Made by a program: the position numbers and the translations under genes. A stretch of 13,379 nucleotides of DNA from an uncultured bacterium (GTDB lineage Bacteria > Abyssobacteria > SURF-5), in assembly GCA_964510165.1 (NCBI GenBank), contig CAZEBC010000005.1:40738-54116 (forward strand), written 5' to 3'. The notes beneath the pieces were generated by a model that saw only the letters and a list, made by a program, of their open reading frames with translations, ran no database searches and had not been told where the DNA came from. Below are positions 7,246 through 13,379 of this stretch, in pieces (positions within the stretch are counted from its first letter, which is position 1; the number at the start of each line of letters is the position of its first letter).

Positions 7246-8560
7246 CGACGAAAAGAATACGCGCGAGGCGTTGTCGAAAATCCTGCATGAGGACGGCTAC
7301 GACGTGCTCACGGCGGCCGACGGCTACCAGGCCCTGAACCTGGTGACGCAAGAGGAACCCGATATCATCCTGGCCGACCTCAAGATGCCCGGCATGGACG
7401 GGCTTGAGCTTCTCTCGCGCACCCGCCTGAAGGGCTTCGACACCCCGTTTGTGATGATGACCGCATACGGGACGGTGGAGACCGCGGTCGAGGCGATGAA
7501 AAAGGGCGCGGAGAACTATCTCACCAAGCCGGTCAACATTGACGAACTCGAAATCCAGATCAAGAAAATCCTCGACCACCGGAAGCTGGTTCGCGAGGCG
7601 AGCGCCCTCAGGGAGCGGCTCCGCGACAAGTACAAGTTCAAGAACATCATCGGCAGCAGTCCCCACATGCAGGCGGTCTTCAAGATGGTCGAGCAGGTCG
7701 CTCCGAGCCGGGCCACAGTCCTCGTCACAGGTGAGAGCGGCACCGGAAAGGAACTCATTGCGTCGGCCATCCATCAGAACGGGCCGCGTGCCGATATGCC
7801 GTATATCAAGGTGAGTTGCAGCGCGCTCTCGGAAAATCTGCTCGAGAGCGAACTGTTCGGGCACGAGCGAGGAGCCTTCACCGGAGCATACGCCACCAGG
7901 CAGGGCCGCTTCGAGATCGCCGACGGCGGCACGCTGTTTCTCGATGAGATCGGCGACATGAGCCTGGCGACGCAGGTCAAGCTCCTCGGTTTCTTGCAGG
8001 ACCGCAAGTTCGAACGGGTCGGCGGAAACAAGACCTACGAGGTGGACGTGCGCCTCATCGCCGCCACCAACAAAGACCTCGAAAAGGCCGTCCAGGAAGG
8101 CGCTTTCCGGCAGGACCTGTATTATCGGCTCAACGTCATCACCATCAAGATGCCCCCCCTTAGGGAACGCATCTCCGACGTGCCCATGCTGGTGGACCAC
8201 TTCGTCGAGAAGTACTCGAGGGAAAACAGCAAGCAGATCGAGGGAGTGTCGTCCGACGCCGTCGCCGCGCTCATGGCCTATAGTTGGCCAGGCAACGTGC
8301 GCGAACTCGAGAATATGGTTGAACGCGCCGTCGTGATGTGCAACGAGAAGACCATCACCCGTCAGTATTTCCCGCTGCTCACCAGCATCGCCAAGTCCGA
8401 CGGCGAGGGAGTCCCGCCAATCCCCGGCTCCTCGCTGGAGGAAATAGAGAAATACGCCATCCAGCGAACGCTCGAGGCCGTCGGCGGCAACCGCACCCGC
8501 GCCGCCGAAATCCTGAAGGTCAGCCTCCGCAAAATCCAGTATAAGCTCAAGGAACTTTAG
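7217..8560 (+). CDS. Sigma54-dependent response regulator, NtrC/AtoC family (REC-AAA+-Fis HTH)
   Basis: Receiver ILVVDDE..ADLKMPGMDG..LTKP. Walker A GESGTGKE, ELFGHERGAFTGA, Walker B LFLDEIG, WPGNVRELEN and HTH GGNRTRAAEILKVS. GTG start with AGGGAG upstream; 29-bp overlap with the kinase gene. Confidence 0.96.
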   Translation: MTRATILVVDDEKNTREALSKILHEDGYDVLTAADGYQALNLVTQEEPDIILADLKMPGMDGLELLSRTRLKGFDTPFVMMTAYGTVETAVEAMKKGAENYLTKPVNIDELEIQIKKILDHRKLVREASALRERLRDKYKFKNIIGSSPHMQAVFKMVEQVAPSRATVLVTGESGTGKELIASAIHQNGPRADMPYIKVSCSALSENLLESELFGHERGAFTGAYATRQGRFEIADGGTLFLDEIGDMSLATQVKLLGFLQDRKFERVGGNKTYEVDVRLIAATNKDLEKAVQEGAFRQDLYYRLNVITIKMPPLRERISDVPMLVDHFVEKYSRENSKQIEGVSSDAVAALMAYSWPGNVRELENMVERAVVMCNEKTITRQYFPLLTSIAKSDGEGVPPIPGSSLEEIEKYAIQRTLEAVGGNRTRAAEILKVSLRKIQYKLKEL

Positions 8561-8590
8561 TTATACTCAGCGTCTTAAGTTCTTGCGCAT

Positions 8591-8609
8591 GTCGCGGAGT
8601 CCCCGCGAC
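8591..8609. terminator. GC-rich hairpin between convergent genes, possible terminator
   Basis: GTCGCGG-AGTCC-CCGCGAC, a perfect 7-bp stem; no clear U-tract. Confidence 0.35.
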
Positions 8610-8610
8610 C

Positions 8611-8637
8611 CGTCATTCCCGCAAAAGCGGGAATCCA
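8611..8637. repeat. REP-like palindrome (ATTCCC-N8-GGGAAT), copy 2
   Basis: CGTCATTCCCGC-AAAA-GCGGGAATCCA. Over GTC...CCA it differs from copy 1 by one loop base. Confidence 0.85.
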
Positions 8638-8702
8638 CAATAATCACGGCATGAAACATGCGCGACCAGCCATGGCGCCAACCGGCGCGGCCCGTCCGAT
8701 CT

Positions 8703-9203
8703 TCACAACAACTTCTCAATTACGACCTCATCAATATATCTGTTACCCATCCTGGCCTGTCTTTGCGAAGTCCCGATGATTCTGAACCCGATCTTGAGGT
8801 GAAACGCGAGCGAGGCGGGGTTATCGGCGCGAACATAGGTGAATATCTTCTCGAAGCCTTTCTGCTTCGCCGCTTCGAAGGTGGCCTCAGACAAGCAGGT
8901 GCCGATGCCCCGTTGTCGGAATGAGAGGTCAATAAACGTGGCGATACCCGCCACATGGTCAAACGCCCTGAGAGAAGGCGCGAATGGTTCAATGCATTGA
9001 AAGCCGACACCCTTCCCGTCCGTATCCTCGGCCGCGTGGAACACGCCGCGCCTGGGAAACTTCTCGATGAACTCGCGCTCCTCTTCCACCGTGAACGTCT
9101 TGTCCAGTACCGTGTACCGACCGGCCTCGATGATGGGGTTCAAAATGCGGACAATCGACTCCGCGTCATCCACGGTGGCCTCGCGAACGCGCAGGGTTAT
9201 CAT
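8703..9203 (-). CDS. GNAT family N-acetyltransferase (YncA/Pat/YhhY-like)
   Basis: VREATVDD start, acetyl-CoA motif A FRQRGIGTCL, and VRADNPASLAFHLKIGF. ATGA overlap (9200-9203) with the upstream methyltransferase. Confidence 0.9.
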   Translation of the reverse strand: MITLRVREATVDDAESIVRILNPIIEAGRYTVLDKTFTVEEEREFIEKFPRRGVFHAAEDTDGKGVGFQCIEPFAPSLRAFDHVAGIATFIDLSFRQRGIGTCLSEATFEAAKQKGFEKIFTYVRADNPASLAFHLKIGFRIIGTSQRQARMGNRYIDEVVIEKLL

Positions 9204-10204
9204 GGTTTATACCCAGTCACGCGCCGGAGGACGTTGCGGACGAATTCGACGGCGGTGACGCGCTCAAAGCCGGCGTCCTCGAAATAGGAGCGGACCTCTG
9301 CGTCGCTGTGGGCGCGGCCCCGGCTCCCGAGGAGCGCCTCATGGAGCGACCACATGGCCGCGATGGGCGGGCCGGTCTTTTGGTCGTTCAGGTTCTCGGC
9401 GATGATGTGCATCACACCGCCCGAAGGCAGAACATCGAACGCTTTCTTGATGATTGCGCGCGCCTCGTCCGGCCCGTATTGGGTGAGATTGCCGTTCATC
9501 ATGATGACGTCCGCTCCCCCGGGGAGCGGGTCTCGCGTGAAGTCGCCGGCATGCGTCCGAATGCGGTCCGAAAGGCCCGCGTCGGCGATAAGCTCGTCAG
9601 TCACGCGGCAGACGGCGGGGAAATCGAAAATGATTGCCTTGAGGTTTGGGAACCGGCGGCACAGCGACACGCAATACGCGCCGGAGCCGCCGCCGAGGTC
9701 GAGCACGACATGATATGGCGAGAAATCGAACTGTTTGGCGAGCTTGCTGCCGGCGCCGAGGCCGACATTGAACATCGAGCGCGTGAGCATCTCCATCTGG
9801 TCAGCGGTCAGTTTTTCGTAAACACCGAGCACGGAGGGCGGCGCCGAGTCGGCAAGCCTCTTGCCGAGGTTGACCCAATCGGCCCAGTCGCTCTTGCCCA
9901 TGAGCGTCCATGCGCCGTAGTAGCGCGGCTTGCCCTCGACCAGATACGTCTCAACATCCGGCGCGTTGACGTAGCGGTCGCCGTGCTTTTCGATAAGCCC
10001 GATCGCGGTGCACGCGACAACGAGGCGTTCGGCGTTGAGCGGCGACAGTCCGCAAGCCGAGGCGATCTCCTCAAGTGTTCCGGCCCCTTCCGATATCCTG
10101 GTGAACAGGCTCAGCTCGACTGCGGCCATTAGCGCCGCCGCATGCTTGAACCCGAACCCGATGTTCTGAATGCGCTCCGTCCCGATGTAAGGTTTCTCGG
10201 TCAT
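9200..10204 (-). CDS. Class-2 SAM-dependent methyltransferase with N-terminal dimerisation domain (ASMT/BchU-like)
   Basis: N-terminal AALMAAVELSLFT..EEIASACG..ERLVVAC winged-helix. SAM motif VLDLGGGSG, plus FDFPAV, HAGDFT and LPSGG. GGAGG RBS upstream. Confidence 0.9.
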   Translation of the reverse strand: MTEKPYIGTERIQNIGFGFKHAAALMAAVELSLFTRISEGAGTLEEIASACGLSPLNAERLVVACTAIGLIEKHGDRYVNAPDVETYLVEGKPRYYGAWTLMGKSDWADWVNLGKRLADSAPPSVLGVYEKLTADQMEMLTRSMFNVGLGAGSKLAKQFDFSPYHVVLDLGGGSGAYCVSLCRRFPNLKAIIFDFPAVCRVTDELIADAGLSDRIRTHAGDFTRDPLPGGADVIMMNGNLTQYGPDEARAIIKKAFDVLPSGGVMHIIAENLNDQKTGPPIAAMWSLHEALLGSRGRAHSDAEVRSYFEDAGFERVTAVEFVRNVLRRVTGYKP

Positions 10205-10440
10205 GGCCGCTTCCCCTCCAGGAGTCAGTTCGAATTCGATTTCATCTCGTAATGGGGGATACCTTCTTTGCCGACCAAAGGCATTTACGGTTTGAGTTTG
10301 CGGGGATGGTCAAGGGCGTTGAGATGAAGGGCGGCTAGCCGGGACCATCGTCTTTGATGGAACTTCAGAGCCGCCGGTTGAAAGGATTCATCCCCGAAGC
10401 ACACCATGTTTCACAAAGAACTCCGACACCTCGTGATTTG

Positions 10441-10469
10441 CTTGGTGCTCCTGGTGTCTTGGTGGTTAA
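10441..10469. repeat. 8-9-nt periodic repeat (CTTGGTG)n
   Basis: CTTGGTGCT-CCTGGTGT-CTTGGTGGT-TAA, beginning 14 nt past the acyl-CoA dehydrogenase stop codon. Confidence 0.6.
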
Positions 10470-10483
10470 GAACTCTTCTTTCG

Positions 10484-11626
10484 TTACTCCTTCAACAGAT
10501 TCGCGGCGATCACCAGCCGCTGTATCTCCGAGGTGCCCTCGTATATCTCGGTGATCTTGGCGTCGCGGAAGTTGCGCTCGACCGGGTACTCCTTCGAATA
10601 ACCGTAGCCGCCGTGTATCTGCACGGCCTTGGTCGCCGTTTTCATCGCGGTCTCGGACGCGAACAGTTTCGCCATCGCCGCCTCCTTGGTGAACCGCTGT
10701 TTTCGGCTCTGCATCTGGGCCGCGCGATAGGCTAGAAGCCGCGCCGCGTCTATCTCGACCGCCATGTCGGCGAGCATCCATTGGATGGCCTGAAACTTCG
10801 CGATGGGCTGGCCGAACTGCACGCGTTCAAGCGCGTACTTGCACGATTGCTCCATCGCCGCGCGTGCGATCCCGATTGCCTGCGCCGCGATGCCGATCCT
10901 GCCTCCGTCGAGCGTCTGCATCGCAATCTTGAAGCCTGAGCCGCGTTGGCCGAGCAGTTGGTCTTTCGGGATGCGGCAGTCCTCAAACACGAGTTCGGCG
11001 GTGCCCGAGGCGTTCAACCCAAGCTTCTTCTCGGCCTTGCCCGCGCGGAATCCCGGCGTGTCCTTCTCGACGATGAACGCGCTGATGCCGCGTGCGCCCT
11101 TCTCCTTGTCGGTCATCGCGAACACGACCGCGATGTCGGCATGCGTGCCGTTCGTGATGAACACCTTGTTGCCGTTCAGGACCCACTCGTTGCCGTCGAG
11201 CACGGCGGTCGTCTTCTGATTTCCCGCGTCGGAGCCGGCGCTGGGCTCGGTTAGTCCGAAGCAGCCGATCTTCTGGCCCGACGCCATCGGCGCAAGAAAC
11301 CTGTGCTTCTGCTCCTCGGTACCGTTGGCGAGCACGGGCCCGCACGCGAGCGAGTTATTGGCCGACATGACGACGCCTGTGTTCGCGCACGCGCGCGAGA
11401 TTTCCTCGAGCGCGACCACGTAGCACACGTAGTCCATGCCCGCGCCTCCGTACTCCTCGGGCACGGCGATGCCCATGAGGCCGAGTTCGCCCATCTTGCG
11501 GGCGAGTTCGAGCGGGAACTCGTGCGTCTCATCCAGTTTGGCCGCGAGCGGGGCAACCTCTTTCTCGGCGAAATTGCGCGCCATCTCCTGTATCATGCGT
11601 TGTTCTTCGGTCAGATCGAAGTTCAT
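10484..11626 (-). CDS. Acyl-CoA dehydrogenase, short-chain/butyryl-CoA type
   Basis: MNFDLTEEQ, GCFGLTEPSAGSDA, NGNKVFITNG, TLDGGRIGIAAQA, RVQFGQPI, AVQIHGGYGY and IYEGTSEIQR (catalytic Glu). Start set at ATG 11626, with GGAGG 9 nt upstream. Confidence 0.95.
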   Translation of the reverse strand: MNFDLTEEQRMIQEMARNFAEKEVAPLAAKLDETHEFPLELARKMGELGLMGIAVPEEYGGAGMDYVCYVVALEEISRACANTGVVMSANNSLACGPVLANGTEEQKHRFLAPMASGQKIGCFGLTEPSAGSDAGNQKTTAVLDGNEWVLNGNKVFITNGTHADIAVVFAMTDKEKGARGISAFIVEKDTPGFRAGKAEKKLGLNASGTAELVFEDCRIPKDQLLGQRGSGFKIAMQTLDGGRIGIAAQAIGIARAAMEQSCKYALERVQFGQPIAKFQAIQWMLADMAVEIDAARLLAYRAAQMQSRKQRFTKEAAMAKLFASETAMKTATKAVQIHGGYGYSKEYPVERNFRDAKITEIYEGTSEIQRLVIAANLLKE

Positions 11627-11660
11627 GGCATATGCCTCCAATCAAAGTCAACAACAAATC

Positions 11661-11688
11661 CTGAACTAGAAACCAGAGACCAGAAACC
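11661..11688. repeat. 7-nt tandem repeat
   Basis: CTGAACT-AGAAACC-AGAGACC-AGAAACC, directly after the thiolase stop codon. Confidence 0.6.
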
Positions 11689-11690
11689 GG

Positions 11691-12869
11691 TTATCTCTCT
11701 ACCATCACGGCCACCGCTTCGCCGCCGCCGATGCACAATGTTGCGAGGCCGCGCTTGGCGTTCCTCTGTTTCATGGCGTAGAGGAGCGTGACGAAGATGC
11801 GCGCTCCGCTCGCGCCGATCGGGTGACCGATAGCGACCGCGCCGCCTTTCACGTTCACCTTGGCGGGGTCGAGCTTGAACGTATTGTTCGCGTAGATCGT
11901 GACGACGGCAAACGCCTCGTTGATCTCGAACAGGTCGATCTGGTCGGCCGAGACGCCCGTCTTGTCCAGCAGTTTCTTGACCGCGTCCGCGGGCGCGATA
12001 GTGAACCATTCCGGCTCGCGGCTCGCGCTGCTGTGAGCCACGATCTTCGCGAGCGGCTGGATTCCCTTCTTCTTTGCGAACTCGGCCGAGGCGACGACGA
12101 CCGCCGCGCCGCCGTCGTTGATGGACGATGCGTTGGCCGCGGTGACGGTGCCGCCGTCCTTCTTGAATGCGGGCGGAAGCTTGGGTATCTTGTCCATCTT
12201 GGCGCGGGGCGGTCCCTCGTCCTCGCTGACAACGATGGGGTCGCCCTTTTTCTGCGGGACGGTCACCGGCACGATCTCTTCCTTGAACAGCCCTTCCTTC
12301 TGGGCGCGCTGTGCGCGGGTGAAACTCTCGATGGCGAAGGCGTCCTGCATCTCGCGCGTGATCCCGTATTTTTCGGCGCACATGTCGGCGGCGAAGCCCA
12401 TGTGGAAGTTGTTGTAGACGTCCCACAGGCCGTCCTTGATCATCAGGTCCACGATCTTGCCGTCGCCCATGCGGAAGCCGCCCCGCGCCTGATCGAGCGC
12501 ATAGGGCGCGCGTGTCATGCTCTCCATTCCGCCCGCGACGATGACCTCCGCTTCGCCGAGTCTGACGGCATCAAACGCGAGCATGACCGACTTCAGCCCG
12601 GAGCCGCAGACCTTGTTGATGGTCAGGCAGTCGGTTCCCTTCGGCAGGCCCGCTCCGAGGGCGGCTTGTCTGGCGGGCGCCTGGCCGAGGCTCGCCGGAA
12701 GCACGCATCCCATGATGCACTGGTCTACTTCGTTGGGGGCGACTCCGGCGCGCGCGAGGGCGGCCTCGATCGCGATGCTTCCAAGCCGCGTCGCGGGCAC
12801 TTCGGACAAAGCACCCTGAAAACTTCCAACCGGGGTGCGCGCGGCGCCGATTATGACTACATCTCTCAT
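11691..12869 (-). CDS. Acetyl-CoA C-acetyltransferase (thiolase, AtoB/ThlA type)
   Basis: MRDVVIIGAARTPVG, NKVCGSG (catalytic Cys), AGGMESM, EINEAF, GHPIGASG and LCIGGG. Start ATG 12869 with AGGAG 8 nt upstream. Confidence 0.96.
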   Translation of the reverse strand: MRDVVIIGAARTPVGSFQGALSEVPATRLGSIAIEAALARAGVAPNEVDQCIMGCVLPASLGQAPARQAALGAGLPKGTDCLTINKVCGSGLKSVMLAFDAVRLGEAEVIVAGGMESMTRAPYALDQARGGFRMGDGKIVDLMIKDGLWDVYNNFHMGFAADMCAEKYGITREMQDAFAIESFTRAQRAQKEGLFKEEIVPVTVPQKKGDPIVVSEDEGPPRAKMDKIPKLPPAFKKDGGTVTAANASSINDGGAAVVVASAEFAKKKGIQPLAKIVAHSSASREPEWFTIAPADAVKKLLDKTGVSADQIDLFEINEAFAVVTIYANNTFKLDPAKVNVKGGAVAIGHPIGASGARIFVTLLYAMKQRNAKRGLATLCIGGGEAVAVMVER

Positions 12870-12974
12870 GATGGTTTCTCCTGAGTTGCTGGTGGTTGAA
12901 GGCGGTTTTTCCGCGCCGCCCGTACAATTTTGGTTAGGGGTGGGGCACACTCGGCGGGCAGCCGAATGCGCTGT

Positions 12975-13003
12975 ATTCTAACAAAATCAACGCATTGTGT
13001 CAA
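12975..13003 (-). promoter_or_regulatory. Near-consensus sigma70 promoter for thiolase and acyl-CoA dehydrogenase
   Basis: Minus strand TTGACA (13003-12998), 17-nt spacer, TAGAAT (12980-12975), with extended -10 TG. About 100 nt upstream of the start codon. Confidence 0.8.
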
Positions 13004-13032
13004 TTTGGAACGAAGGAAATGCGTGCCCTGAA

Positions 13033-13095
13033 CACGAAGGCACAAACGCACGAAAAGGAACGATGTCTTTGGATGAAACTTCGCGAGCTTCGCGG
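13033..13095. repeat. Degenerate periodic inverted repeat (CACGAA)n ... (CTTCGCG)n
   Basis: CACGAAGG-CACAAACG-CACGAAA (13033-13055) and CTTCGCGAG-CTTCGCGG (13079-13095). Confidence 0.45.
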
Positions 13096-13121
13096 ATGAA
13101 GCGTTTCCCGAGTTAGCTCGG

Positions 13122-13171
13122 TTAAATTGGGGACATGATGTCCCGCGCCTCGCGGGATGCCCCCGATTTAA
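13122..13171. repeat. 50-bp nested inverted-repeat element
   Basis: Outer arms TTAAATTGGGG / CCCCGATTTAA (1 mismatch). Inner hairpin TCCCGCG-CCT-CGCGGGA. Overlapping palindrome GGGACAT-G-ATGTCCC (13130-13144). Confidence 0.7.
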
Positions 13172-13212
13172 CAGTTGGTTGCGGCTCTACTGCGCCGCAT
13201 ATGAGAGCCTTC

Positions 13213-13335
13213 TCACTTCTTGGCTTCTTGCGCAAAGAACTGCTCGGCCCGTTCATGTATCTCTTCGGGCGAGAGGTCTTCCTTGTGGGTGGCGAGGTCC
13301 CATTCGTGCCCGAACGGGTCCGCCGCGAGTTTCCC
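13213..13335 (-). pseudogene. C-terminal fragment of a VOC/glyoxalase (PhnB-like) gene; partial or disrupted
   Basis: Manual translation gives GKLAADPFGHEWDLATHKEDLSPEEIHERAEQFFAQEAKK-stop (TGA 13215-13213). DPFGHxW..ATHKEDLSPEE is the typical C-terminus of this subfamily. The frame is open to the window edge but reads IRVIRSIRAIRGQK upstream. Confidence 0.7.
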
Positions 13336-13342
13336 TTTTTGA

Positions 13343-13378
13343 CCGCGAATGGCGCGAATGGAACGTATGACACGAATG
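13343..13378. repeat. 9-nt tandem repeat x4 (NNNCGAATG), running off the window edge
   Basis: CCGCGAATG-GCGCGAATG-GAACGTATG-ACACGAATG. Confidence 0.75.
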
Positions 13379-13379
13379 C

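Noticed and set aside
10205-10440. Possible riboswitch or ncRNA ahead of the methyltransferase
   Set aside because: Only small hairpins; I could not recognise SAM, cobalamin or other riboswitch consensus. An Rfam/Infernal scan would settle it.
7217-12869. Naming the regulator atoC and treating it with the thiolase as an ato regulon
   Set aside because: No atoDA CoA-transferase in the window, the sensor architecture differs, and the thiolase has a sigma70-type promoter.
12870-12950. 27-aa N-terminal extension of the thiolase in the ORF track
   Set aside because: Family homology starts at MRDVVI, which has its own AGGAG RBS. The short extensions on glgA, the kinase and the acyl-CoA dehydrogenase were trimmed on similar RBS or promoter grounds.
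13122-13373. ORF-track calls 13122-13373 (-) and 13179-13370 (+)
   Set aside because: A different minus-strand frame carries the recognisable VOC C-terminus; these translations have no motifs.
1-13379. CRISPR array, tRNA/rRNA, integrase or transposase
   Set aside because: No repeat-spacer periodicity, RNA-gene signature or recombinase motif seen.

Overview
GC-rich bacterial chromosomal window with ten complete CDS and one partial CDS at the right edge. (1) A minus-strand four-gene cluster: Trp-rich hypothetical protein, amidohydrolase-2, GH57 alpha-glucan branching enzyme and glycogen synthase GlgA. (2) A divergently transcribed two-component system: a solute-binding-domain/PAS histidine kinase overlapping a sigma54-dependent NtrC/AtoC-type regulator, behind a good sigma70 promoter. 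(3) A minus-strand run of thiolase (near-consensus sigma70 promoter), acyl-CoA dehydrogenase, class-2 SAM methyltransferase and a translationally coupled GNAT. (4) The 3' end of a VOC/glyoxalase-like gene, missed by the ORF track, whose upstream part is replaced in frame by a 9-nt tandem repeat. Most intergenic gaps hold a short palindromic or periodic repeat of a different type. One REP-like hairpin sits between 11-bp direct repeats that duplicate the glgA ribosome-binding site. The best candidate for an undescribed system is the non-canonical alpha-glucan cluster. All family assignments come from motif recognition by eye; no searches were run.
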